This document shows, piece by piece, positions 42,294 through 52,440 of a stretch of 64,000 nt of DNA (positions are counted from its first letter, which is position 1; each line of letters starts with the position of its first letter). The notes under the pieces are model-generated. The model did no database searches, was not told the DNA's origin, and worked only from the letters and a program-made list of their open reading frames with translations. The position numbers and the translations under genes were made by a program. The DNA is from Ignavibacteriota bacterium (GTDB taxonomy: Bacteria > Bacteroidota > Ignavibacteria > UBA10030 > UBA6906), in NCBI GenBank assembly GCA_963801355.1, contig CAWDEM010000008.1:1472001-1536000 (forward strand), read 5' to 3'.

Positions 42294-42952
42294 ACGTGAA
42301 TTCCTCACAGGACGACCAGTCGATTACCCTCTGGGTAATTGAGGATAATGCCACGTACAGGGACACAATTGCCGCGCTGGTTGACAGCACCGAAGGCATG
42401 CGCTGCACCCACGCCTTCCCATCTTGTGAAGAGGCTCTCAAGGCACTCGAGGACGACTTCGCCCCGGAAATCATTTTGATGGATATAGGCTTGCCGGGAA
42501 TAAGCGGGATAGAAGGACTCAAACGGATCAAGGCAATTTCACCGTCAACCGGTTTAATCATGCTCACCATCTTTGACGATGAGAGGCAGATATTTGAAGC
42601 CATTTGTTCGGGCGCCTCTGGGTATCTGCTGAAAAGTGCGCAACCACACGAGATTATCGGAGCGGTGCATCAAGTTCTCGGGGGTGGGGCGCCGATGGAT
42701 GCACGAATCGCCCGGAAGGTCCTCGACATGTTTTCCCGTCTCTCCGTACCGATGGGAGAGTACGGTTTGACCGGCCGCGAAAAAGAAATCCTCCACCTGA
42801 TGGTGGACGGGCTCACGGCAAAAGGGATAGCCGAAAGGCTGTTCCTGAGCTTTCGTACCGTCGATACACATGTGAAGAATATTTATACGAAACTGCATGT
42901 ACATTCGCGTAGCGGTGCCGTATCAAAAGCGTTCAGAGAACGACTCCTGTAG
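42290..42952 (+). CDS. NarL/LuxR-family response regulator
   Basis: LMDIGLPG, GASGYLLK, LTGREKEIL...TVDTHVKNIYTKL. Confidence 0.93.
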   Translation: MNVNSSQDDQSITLWVIEDNATYRDTIAALVDSTEGMRCTHAFPSCEEALKALEDDFAPEIILMDIGLPGISGIEGLKRIKAISPSTGLIMLTIFDDERQIFEAICSGASGYLLKSAQPHEIIGAVHQVLGGGAPMDARIARKVLDMFSRLSVPMGEYGLTGREKEILHLMVDGLTAKGIAERLFLSFRTVDTHVKNIYTKLHVHSRSGAVSKAFRERLL

Positions 42953-43110
42953 CTCCCTGCGCACCTTGCTCATCACGTGGCGCTGATCCTTCCTTCACCT
43001 ACCTTCCCTGCTGTCCCCTTTCGAAAATACCGAGTTCTCGGGATTGTTGTGCCCTCCTCGATGCATTACATTGGCACACACCAATGTCACACAATTTCCC
43101 GGGAGGGAAC

Positions 43111-43659
43111 ATGAAGAGCCCCCAGTTAGTAATTGCTGTCCTGCTCACTGCTGGTTGTATGATGAACGGTTGTACACAGGACAAACTCCCCACCCAGCCT
43201 TCCACCACCTATCCAACCCCAACCGCGATCGGCGCGGGAGTGCTCAGGGCGAATATTGATGGATCACCCTGGACGGCCGAGGACGCCACTGGCATTCCAC
43301 TCGGGACATCAACGTACAGTGGGAACATCTTGCACATCAGCGGGGTCCGACCCGCCGTCGGAGACACCGCGGAGGCGGAAACCATCGATCTCATCATCGA
43401 CTTTAGTGCCTCGAACGCAGTCCTCGGTCCGGGTACGTACGAGCTCGGTACAATACCCGCGCAGGAGGGAGAGGCTCAGCACTTCGATGGCCTGTCATGC
43501 GTCTGCCACACAAACAGCGCACACTCAGGAACTGTGACGATCACGGCGCTTGACATGTCCAGGAAGGTCGTATCCGGGATATTTGCATTCAATGGTATTG
43601 GAGTCGACGGGCAAACGCACACTTTTAGTGAGGGAATGTTCGATGTTACGTGGAAGTAA
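43111..43659 (+). CDS. Putative lipoprotein
   Basis: Lipobox-like MNGC; GTVTITALD...VSGIFAF...EGMFDV beta-sandwich. Confidence 0.7.
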   Translation: MKSPQLVIAVLLTAGCMMNGCTQDKLPTQPSTTYPTPTAIGAGVLRANIDGSPWTAEDATGIPLGTSTYSGNILHISGVRPAVGDTAEAETIDLIIDFSASNAVLGPGTYELGTIPAQEGEAQHFDGLSCVCHTNSAHSGTVTITALDMSRKVVSGIFAFNGIGVDGQTHTFSEGMFDVTWK

Positions 43660-43889
43660 CAATGACACGTTGCGCTCACACGATGTCGCGTTCGCACGTG
43701 CGGATTTGCCATCACCCTGACTTGAATCCAGTTCCGCCCAGAGTTAGCGAGACCAAGTCGAGGCTAACTCTGTTGGCGGGACGAGGATCCTCGTCCAGTT
43801 CCGAAAGGAACGGGACGGGACCTGCGACCACATACAACTCCAACCCATGAAATAAAAGAGCCTCCAGCGATTTGCCGGAGGCTCCCGTG

Positions 43890-43962
<73 letters not shown>

Positions 43963-44088
43963 ATCATTTAGCATACTAATATAGCAAATCGCCCTTTCGA
44001 AGTCAAGCCCACGACCCGGCGGTCAAGAAATATGACAGTCTGAAAGCACGCCGGGCAGACAACCACCTGGAAGCTTCCGCCAAGCCCT

Positions 44089-46782
44089 TCAGGGATTCCA
44101 CACCCACCTGGGCTTGCAGTCCGACGACGAAACGTAACGCTTTAAACTCGACAACAACGTGGCGGAAAACGGATCAACATCCGCCGTCCGCTGAAGCGGA
44201 AGCGCACACACCAGCAGCTTCCCCTTCCCTACCTTCATCTGCACAACATACCCCGCATGCCTGTGCACCCACCCGATGAAAAGCCCCGCTAACACATCCC
44301 CGAAATGTTCGGGAGGAATGCCGCGAACCGCATACGGCATCTCCATTCCCGCGGACTCAAATCCGAATCGACGGTCCGGACAAACACCACGGAATGGCCC
44401 CCTGTCGTTGCGTACCCAGCTCAACACCGACGCCCAATTCCCTTCGTACCCCCCCGTGTCCCGGTCGACTGCGATCAATGGAAAACCCGCAGGGAACACG
44501 GTAACGCTGTCCATCAACAACAACACATCCCCTCCTTGTTGCAGCGCAGCGACAGAACTCGAGTCCAATGCCGAGGTGACTTTGACCGCCGGGGTTCCCT
44601 CTTTTGCAGCTTCACGCGAAAACACTGCAAGATCCAGGTGATTTGTCGCCAACTCCGTACCAGCACTCGAGACCATCCGGAAGTTGATGTTGAGTTTCCC
44701 GGATGACTTTGCCCCCGCCGGGGGAAGCTGCATCGTGGGAAAGACCGTGACCGTGCCCGGTGGAACCTGACCGAACAAGATGCTCCCTGAATCCCCCCGC
44801 GATGTCCGCCAGTGAACCGTCACACCCCGCGCGCTCTCATCGGAATAACGGGAACACCGAACATCAATCGACGGCTCTTCATCATTCCACCAGGCGAACC
44901 TGGCGGGCCGCGCAACAATGACGTCCTGCTGCTGTATCGCCGGCAACACCTTGCCGCATTCCTTAAGGTTCCTCCACATGTCCATCAACCCGTTGCACTC
45001 CCAGTTGATGTCAGTGAACTCTGTGATGACATACCCTTCGATCCCCGGTGTGAACCGTAACATCTCAATCTGGTACTTCAGCGCATCCGACTGCGCCCGC
45101 TGGCTGACACCCAGCATCTCTCTGTAACTCCCGAACACGCTCGCGAGGTTGTACTGCGCGAACCGTGCCGCGTACCCTTCGGGGACGACAACTTCCGATT
45201 TTCCCAGACCCCTCCCCATCCACCAGGGCGCCGGATCGGGAACTGCCGGCAATCCCCACGTGCCAAACTCGGACAGCAGAAGAGGCTCTCTCCCAGTGGT
45301 CACCGCATCGCCGTACGGACTGAAGAGCCATGCAGGCCGCGCAGCCATGGCGGTGACGACATCATCAAACTGCTTCCGGCGATCGGGCATTGCGGCATAC
45401 TCGTGATAGTCGTTCAGGTCAGTCTTGAGATGGAAGTTACCCCGGCATGCGCTATTGTCCACGACAAGACGGCCCGTTGCGTACACCTTCATCCTGTCAA
45501 ATGCGCCCCGCAACCATTCCCTCTGCTCTGTCTTCTTTAGATCCACCCCCCAGCTTTCATTGATGATGCTCAGCATGACGAGCGACGGGTGGTTCCAATC
45601 GCGGTCAAGCATCTCCCGTAGCGTTTGCTCGCCGCGTGCGCCCGCTTCAGCAGTGAAGACATCCCAGTTGGGAATCTCGTACCAGACCAGCAGTCCAACT
45701 TCATCCGCAACTTTCAGGTAAAGGGGATCTGGCGCCTTGATATGGCACCGCAGCGTGTTCAGACCGATGCGCTTCGCTTTCAACATTTCGTCGCGCAGAT
45801 ACTCCTCTGAGGGCGTTGTGTAAATGGTGTGCGGATAGAAATCCTGATCCAGAGCACCGATGAGGTAGAACGGCCGCCCATTGAAAAGGATTTTCCCTCC
45901 GTCTGTCGCGATCGAACGGAAACCGAACCGGTCGCGGACGGGCGGGTTTGCATCGAGGTTCGCCTCAATTGTGTAGAGCGCCGGACTCACCGGACTCCAC
46001 AGCACCGGCTGGTTCACTTCGAGGGGGACATGCGCCAGGCTGTCCCTGACCGAAACCCGCGCGCGGGCACGGGCGACCACCTGACCTTTTTCGTCCTGGA
46101 TCTGAACTTCGAGTCGGTTGTGCGCGTCGGCCGCAATGGGTGCGGACAGGTGAAGGTTGACTTCCACTTCTCCGTTGATGTTCGGAGTGACTTCCAGCCG
46201 GGTGATCCTGCGGGGAGGCACTACATCGAGCCGGACGCTCTGCCACAACCCCGAAGTCTGCACGTACCAGGTCTGCTTCCCATGCGGGATGCTCCTGTAC
46301 ACAATCCCCTCCGTGCCTTCTCCTCCCAACACCGGATCCATGACACGGACAATGATTTCATTAGCGCCTGGATGGATGACGGCTCCGATATCGACACTGA
46401 ACGGCGTATACCCTCCCTCGTGTACACCATTGCGAGTTCCGTTTGCAAAGACCTCCGCCCTGTAGTCCACTGCTCCGAATGTCAGAACCGCCGTTTCACC
46501 TCTCCGGATGTGAGGGGCATCGAACGATTTCCTGTACCACCCCACACCCTGGTAGTCACGAAGATCAGGAAACTGAGCCTGCCAGGAACCAGGAACGGAG
46601 ATAGGCCGCCAGAATGCCCTGGCCACCACGGTTTCACTTGTGTACTGCCCACTGCTGTCGGCCGCAAAGAGCCATTCGCCGTCAAGACTCATCATGGTGA
46701 CGCGCGTTGGGGATGCACACAACGGGATTGCGGTGATCAGGAGGAGCGTGACTGAACAGCATATGCGGGGGAGATGGTCCAT
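44089..46782 (-). CDS. Glycoside hydrolase family 2
   Basis: FGAVDY, HEGGYTPF, LDQDFYP, RDWNHPS...NESWG, SEFG. Confidence 0.9.
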   Translation of the reverse strand: MDHLPRICCSVTLLLITAIPLCASPTRVTMMSLDGEWLFAADSSGQYTSETVVARAFWRPISVPGSWQAQFPDLRDYQGVGWYRKSFDAPHIRRGETAVLTFGAVDYRAEVFANGTRNGVHEGGYTPFSVDIGAVIHPGANEIIVRVMDPVLGGEGTEGIVYRSIPHGKQTWYVQTSGLWQSVRLDVVPPRRITRLEVTPNINGEVEVNLHLSAPIAADAHNRLEVQIQDEKGQVVARARARVSVRDSLAHVPLEVNQPVLWSPVSPALYTIEANLDANPPVRDRFGFRSIATDGGKILFNGRPFYLIGALDQDFYPHTIYTTPSEEYLRDEMLKAKRIGLNTLRCHIKAPDPLYLKVADEVGLLVWYEIPNWDVFTAEAGARGEQTLREMLDRDWNHPSLVMLSIINESWGVDLKKTEQREWLRGAFDRMKVYATGRLVVDNSACRGNFHLKTDLNDYHEYAAMPDRRKQFDDVVTAMAARPAWLFSPYGDAVTTGREPLLLSEFGTWGLPAVPDPAPWWMGRGLGKSEVVVPEGYAARFAQYNLASVFGSYREMLGVSQRAQSDALKYQIEMLRFTPGIEGYVITEFTDINWECNGLMDMWRNLKECGKVLPAIQQQDVIVARPARFAWWNDEEPSIDVRCSRYSDESARGVTVHWRTSRGDSGSILFGQVPPGTVTVFPTMQLPPAGAKSSGKLNINFRMVSSAGTELATNHLDLAVFSREAAKEGTPAVKVTSALDSSSVAALQQGGDVLLLMDSVTVFPAGFPLIAVDRDTGGYEGNWASVLSWVRNDRGPFRGVCPDRRFGFESAGMEMPYAVRGIPPEHFGDVLAGLFIGWVHRHAGYVVQMKVGKGKLLVCALPLQRTADVDPFSATLLSSLKRYVSSSDCKPRWVWNP

Positions 46783-46949
46783 AGAAATCTCTCAGGAAAG
46801 GTTCCCATAATAACCACAAGTGAGAGCAGTATGTCAAGAGCATAAGCATATCAGTCTACGGTATCAGTTTACGGTTGCTGTCTTGGCCCGTTGACAATAT
46901 CGATGACATTGCGTACACTTTCCCCCACACACCTCCGGAGGCTCCCGCC

Positions 46950-49238
46950 ATGCCGCGTATCCTGTTAACACTCTCGCTGATTCTCCTCACGGAATGCTCA
47001 TTTGCCTCGGACCCCGCATACTACATCCGCAAGGATTCCTGGAATGAAACTATGCGTTTGTCGCGGGAGTCCCTTTTTGCGTACCGGGCATCGCTCCCGG
47101 ACGCCGCCCGGATGTTTCTTTCCTCATGGAAACATGCCGGCCCATTCCATGCAGCTGCGGGATCACCCTTTACTGAGATCTTTCCACCGGAAATATCACC
47201 TGTGCTCGACTCGGCATACGGCGGCATCCGCTGGACTGGACATCCTGAGTGGATAGATGGAAAGGTGACCAGTCTAGGATCAGATACCATGTGCGCACAC
47301 TTTCTCCACCGGATCATCACGGCAGGGCGCGATACTTCTATTGTCTTCTCTCTCGGAAGCGACGATGGAATCCAGGTATGGGTGAACGGACGGAATCTTC
47401 TGTCACACGACGTCAACCGCGGCGCCGAACCCGACCAGGAACGACTTCCCGTACGCCTCCACAAGGGTGCTAACACCCTCCTTGTCAAAATCAGCAATAA
47501 CAACGGGCGGACCGGATTTTTCTTCAATGTCGAAGATTCCGAGAAGCGCATGCTGTGGGAACTCGTGCGAAGGGATTTCCCGGATTCCATCAGTCTGCGG
47601 GAAATGGAGTGGGAAACCGCCGACAGCATCTGGACCGCTGACTGGTCGCCGGGAGACGTGATGCCGCTTTCCATCCGTTACGCGGATCACGCCCTGTGCG
47701 AATCATTCGCGCAGTGCCACGCACTCGGCATCAAAGCCCGCATCGTGCAAAGCCCTTCGGATCTGGCGGAAATCCGGGAAGCATACCTGGTCTTCAAAGA
47801 GGCTGACCTCGTCCAAACGATCCTCACACCGAAACCTCCCGCCACACCGCGGATCAACGGGCCGCGCAGGATCGGGGCACGGCCGGGACACCCCTTCCTG
47901 TTTCTGGTGCCTGTCAGCGGCGAACGACCCCTCACCGTGCGGGCTTCCGGACTCCCACGCGGATTGAAACTCGATCCGCAATCCGGCGTGATCAGCGGAC
48001 AAGTGAACGCACCGGGCACCTACCGCGCCACCGTCACTGCCACAAATGCCCGCGGGCAATCAACGGGGTCTATTATGATTGTGATCGGCCCGGCGATTGC
48101 ACTCACTCCACCACTGGGTTGGAACAGCTGGAACTGCTTCGCCGAGGCCGTGGACGACCAACGCGTGCGCAGCGCAGCAGGCGCCATGATCGCCACCGGA
48201 CTCAGCCAACACGGCTGGTCGTATATCAACATTGATGACTGCTGGGAGATCAGACCCGGAAGCACCGACCCCATGCTGAGCGGCGTGCCACGTGATGCGA
48301 ACGGCAGGATCAACACCAACCGGAAATTCCCCGACATGAATGGGCTCAGCGCCTACATCCATGAGAAGGGGCTGAAGATGGGGATCTATTCTTCGCCCGG
48401 CCCACTGACATGTGCAGGCTATACAGGAAGCTACAACCACGAGGCTGATGACGCCCGTCAATACGCATCATGGGGAATTGACTACCTGAAATACGACTGG
48501 TGCTCGTACGGGCAGATCGCAAAGGACCAGAGCCTTTCCGAACTGAAAAAGCCGTATGAACTCATGCGCACGGCGCTCGACGGAGTGCCGCGCGATATTC
48601 TGTATTCCCTCTGCCAGTACGGCATGGGCAACGTCTGGGAATGGGGAGCAACGGTGGGGGGCAATTGCTGGCGCACTACCGGAGATATCACGGATACCTG
48701 GGAAAGCATGTCGGAGATCGGCTTCTCCCAGGCCGGACACGAACCATACGCCGGACCCGGCCATTGGAACGATCCGGATATGCTCGTCGTCGGCAAGGTT
48801 GGATGGGGGCCGTCACTGCATCCGACACGCCTGACACCGAACGAACAATACACTCATATCAGCCTCTGGTGTCTTCTCGCCGCTCCGCTGCTGATCGGCT
48901 GCGACATGACCCAGTTGGATGACTTCACTCTCGGACTGCTCACGAATGACGAAGTGCTCGCCGTGAATCAGGACCCGCTCGGGACGCAGGCACGGCGGAT
49001 CTCAAAAGACGGCGATCTGGAAGTATGGGCAAAGAAGATGGAAGACGGATCCCACGCGGTCGGACTGTTCAACAGGGGCCGGTGGATAAAGGAAGCCACT
49101 CTCCTGTGGAAGGATCTGGGCTTGAAGGGTGATCGCAAGGTGCGGGATCTCTGGCGACAGAAGGACCTCGGCACATTCAACGGCCGGTTTTCTGCTGAAG
49201 TGCCAAGACATGGAGTGGTGCTGGTCAGAGTTAAGTGA
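46950..49238 (+). CDS. GH27 alpha-galactosidase with N-terminal accessory and Ig-like domains
   Basis: TPPLGWNSWN, IDDCW, YLKYDWC, WRTTGDI, WNDPDML. Confidence 0.92.
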   Translation: MPRILLTLSLILLTECSFASDPAYYIRKDSWNETMRLSRESLFAYRASLPDAARMFLSSWKHAGPFHAAAGSPFTEIFPPEISPVLDSAYGGIRWTGHPEWIDGKVTSLGSDTMCAHFLHRIITAGRDTSIVFSLGSDDGIQVWVNGRNLLSHDVNRGAEPDQERLPVRLHKGANTLLVKISNNNGRTGFFFNVEDSEKRMLWELVRRDFPDSISLREMEWETADSIWTADWSPGDVMPLSIRYADHALCESFAQCHALGIKARIVQSPSDLAEIREAYLVFKEADLVQTILTPKPPATPRINGPRRIGARPGHPFLFLVPVSGERPLTVRASGLPRGLKLDPQSGVISGQVNAPGTYRATVTATNARGQSTGSIMIVIGPAIALTPPLGWNSWNCFAEAVDDQRVRSAAGAMIATGLSQHGWSYINIDDCWEIRPGSTDPMLSGVPRDANGRINTNRKFPDMNGLSAYIHEKGLKMGIYSSPGPLTCAGYTGSYNHEADDARQYASWGIDYLKYDWCSYGQIAKDQSLSELKKPYELMRTALDGVPRDILYSLCQYGMGNVWEWGATVGGNCWRTTGDITDTWESMSEIGFSQAGHEPYAGPGHWNDPDMLVVGKVGWGPSLHPTRLTPNEQYTHISLWCLLAAPLLIGCDMTQLDDFTLGLLTNDEVLAVNQDPLGTQARRISKDGDLEVWAKKMEDGSHAVGLFNRGRWIKEATLLWKDLGLKGDRKVRDLWRQKDLGTFNGRFSAEVPRHGVVLVRVK

Positions 49239-49274
49239 ATAGGCCCGGTCTGCGGTGCATGAAGTACAGAGGAG

Positions 49275-50324
49275 CTACTCCACCTTGAAGCATCTCCTGT
49301 ACAGTTCCTCGCCTCCTTCGGCCACGACATCAATCACCGGTGTGGAGAGTGCATTCGCCAGCGCAGACCGGCCAAAGGCCGCATCAAGATATGCCGGACG
49401 GTACGTCGTGCCATCGAATGCAGGATAATACGGATTGAATGTCACTGCAGCCAGTTCGGACCGGTGACGGTAGCATATCCGGACGGAGAGTTCCTCCAGC
49501 ATTTCGAGCAGGCCGCCAACCCGCACAGGTTCCCCCGCGAGCAAAAGACGGAATGGATTGTCAAACACGAGGGCAATCCCCCTCGCCTCCGCGTGTCGCA
49601 ACCGGTCGCAGAGCGCCGCCAGACCGTCGGCCGTCACCATCCCCGGCAGCACAATCCCGGCCAGCCCCTCCGGCAGCAGTCTCAGGGACCGGAGAATGTC
49701 TTCCGCGCTATGGAAATCACTCGACGCACACTGTACCTGCACATCCCTGGCCACAAGCCGGATTCCCGACACCTGCGCGTAGTCTTCGTCCGACAATCCG
49801 AACCGGAAGATCCGCTCTATCGCTGAAGTCTCTTCTACAAGCTGGCCGATGTTCGTCGAACGGGCGCCTCCGGTCGCAAACACCACGCGATCTGCAACCG
49901 ACATGGGCGCAATCCGGTTCAGTGACCCGTCAACCAGTAGTTCGGATGCTCCGAGTGACTCCATCTGCCGGGCCACCCTGGCGAGGTCGGCCGTCTTGTT
50001 CGGACCGGCGACAACAACAAGTCCCCCTTTCTCAACAACCGTAATGACTACTTCCCCCAATGCGGTGAACGTGGAGGAGTGCTGCAGTACACGCAATCGC
50101 GCGGTGGAGACCGACAGGCATTGCTCGGAGGTCGTGACAATCATGCCGGGTTTCACAATGATGCGCGGCTTCGGGAGCAGAGTGACGTTGTCACGTTCCT
50201 CTCCGTCATAGCCGATGCCGGTGACGCCCGGCAAGTGCCCCCTGGCATACGCTGTCTGGATCAGCGTGCCGAGTGTTGTTGTCTTTCCGGTATTCTTTGC
50301 AGTTCCGGCAACCCCGATGATCAT
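49275..50324 (-). CDS. P-loop protein resembling the accessory protein of lysine 5,6-aminomutase clusters (KamB-like)
   Basis: GTAKNTGKTT Walker A, TGIGYDGE, KPRI, TALGEV, LVDGSLNR, FATG. Confidence 0.65.
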   Translation of the reverse strand: MIIGVAGTAKNTGKTTTLGTLIQTAYARGHLPGVTGIGYDGEERDNVTLLPKPRIIVKPGMIVTTSEQCLSVSTARLRVLQHSSTFTALGEVVITVVEKGGLVVVAGPNKTADLARVARQMESLGASELLVDGSLNRIAPMSVADRVVFATGGARSTNIGQLVEETSAIERIFRFGLSDEDYAQVSGIRLVARDVQVQCASSDFHSAEDILRSLRLLPEGLAGIVLPGMVTADGLAALCDRLRHAEARGIALVFDNPFRLLLAGEPVRVGGLLEMLEELSVRICYRHRSELAAVTFNPYYPAFDGTTYRPAYLDAAFGRSALANALSTPVIDVVAEGGEELYRRCFKVE

Positions 50325-50327
50325 GGC

Positions 50328-52131
50328 TCAGGCAACCGTCCCTTTACCGAAGGTCCCGGGATACGCGCCATCCTCCCGGTCGCCCAGGAGCCCTGCCGAG
50401 ATGGCGGCAGGAAGATCCGGCGCAGATTTTACGCGGTCCAGGACTTCGGCGATCTTCGCGTGCATATCCGCCGTCATCGAGTCAGCTGCGGCGGTTGGCG
50501 CAAAACCCGCTTCACCCATGAAGCGCGCGGCTTCGTGAATGCCCTGTAGGCTGTCGATACGCGAAGCGATGCAGATCGGACCGCGGGAATACGCTTCGTC
50601 AGTCGACGCCACAGTCATCGCATCCACCTTGAGCGCAGTGCCGAGGGCCGCATGGAAGGATGTTGCCGCCGCGGATTGCACACGATCTTCGGTCTGTGTC
50701 ATGAATGCGATCGGCTCGCCGGGCCAGATGGGACAGTCGACGATGGCCCGCAGCGCACGAATCTTCGCCGCGTTGTAGTCCACAAAGGTCTGACGCATCA
50801 GTCCGTTGATGACGATGTGCGGACCATAACAGAAGAGAGGTTTGAGTATGCCACGCGCACCGAGACGCTTTCCCAAGTGCACGTTGATCAGAAGCCCGGC
50901 AAGAGTCTTCCACGCGGGAACGCCGCTCAGCTCATCGTTTCCCGGTATATCGAATGGCATGTTGAACCGGGCCGCGAGCCGGATGGCTTCCACCCCGTCA
51001 ACCGCCAGCCGCGCCGGATCCGTGCCGGCTCCAAGCGATCCGTACACGAGGTCAATCTTGGTCATATCCGCACCGCCATGCGCAGCCAGGACCACCGTCT
51101 CCGGCGTGTTCAGCCCTCTGTGCGCTCGAACCGTGAGCAGCGTCGAGGGATCCAGGAGTTCGCGCATCAGCCGTATATTCTCAACGGACGTGACGGTGCC
51201 GTCGTTCTGATGCGTGAGCGCGCCCTCCAGCAATCCTTCATATCGTGCCTCCCACGAAGGATTGATGAGCAGGAATCCATCCACACCCCACCGTTCGCAC
51301 ACTTTGGCGTGGATGAGGTCCATGACCGGACAGCCGGAACCGAGGAATTTGAAAATCAACGGCCGCTCGCCCGAATGACGCAGTGTCACCGGCCGGAACG
51401 CACTGCGCTCCTTCAACATCTCCCGGAGCGCCTGGAGTTCTTCCCGGGATACATTCCTCACCCCCTTGGGCATGACATTCCGCCGGAATGCATCAACGAT
51501 CACGCTGTCTGACAACGACAGGTATTCATCGAGCAAGGCCGCCTTCCTGGATCCGGATGCATCCGAAAACATTTCTCCGCGCAACCGCGCGCGCTTGACG
51601 CCGGGGCTGGATTTCCCTTCTGACCAGCGCAACAACTTCTCCACAATCTCATCCAGGGCACTCTCGATCCGCCGGTCGTGAACGCGGTAGCTGTAGCCCG
51701 CGGTGATATCGGGTTTCTTCTTCTGAACGCCTACGACTTGATCCTGCGCGGTCTTTCCCTTCGATGAATGCAACGATATCTTCGATGCGGGAGTGCTCGT
51801 CAAATCCGCGATCGAAACCAAGCTCGGCGGCAAGTTCGGAAGTAATAGCTTTGCCACCCAGAATCACGCGTGAACGCTCGCGCACGCCTGCGGCATCCAG
51901 AAGATCCACAAACCGTCCCAGAAGCTCCGCCACTCCGTACCCGAGAGTCCGGCTGACCAGTATGTCATCATACGTACCGGTCGCGGCACGCCGGACGATC
52001 TCTTCCATCGGCAGATCGGGTGAGAGCAGCTCGGTATCGAAGCCGCGGGTGGCAAGGGCGTTCCGAATGATCTTGATGCCCACATCATGCACCGGATCGA
52101 GTGGCACGCAGAGGATCCGCTTCTTGTTCAT
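50328..52131 (-). CDS. Cobalamin-dependent mutase (B12-binding domain fused to an aminomutase-type TIM barrel); +1 frameshift near 51755
   Basis: DPVHDVG...LVS...ILGG...AELGFDRGF B12 domain (ORF 51649-52131) continues into ORF 50328-51857 after GAAGGGAAAGACC; about 600 aa if joined. Confidence 0.75.
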
Positions 52132-52385
52132 GCCAGTTGGTCCTTCTCTCCCGGTCCCATAAGCCAGTGATAGGGATCGCCTGGCCTGTGAATGTACTTC
52201 CGCAGTCTCACCCGGACCCCGTAGCCGTCGAATTCACAGAACATGATATCGACTTCTCCGAGGCCCAGTTCGTGCCCAAGGCGGAGCGCGAGGTCTTTAC
52301 CCTCGCGCTCGCTCCCGCAGACAAGGTAGGTCTCGATGTCGAGACCGTCCATTACCGCATCAATGGCTTTCATCGTCTGACTCAT
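52128..52385 (-). CDS. Small protein resembling the aminomutase dimerisation domain
   Basis: Translationally coupled to the mutase (ATGA overlap); DG-strand-helix-LGL.E pattern. Confidence 0.7.
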   Translation of the reverse strand: MSQTMKAIDAVMDGLDIETYLVCGSEREGKDLALRLGHELGLGEVDIMFCEFDGYGVRVRLRKYIHRPGDPYHWLMGPGEKDQLA

Positions 52386-52440
52386 ATGTACATGGGAGAT
52401 AATTCCGGCCCTGCGGGCCGAACAATCACCGGGTGCCTGT

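Noticed and set aside
51750-51762. Programmed -1 frameshift at GGGAAAG
   Set aside because: The heptamer is in the wrong register and the shift needed is +1.
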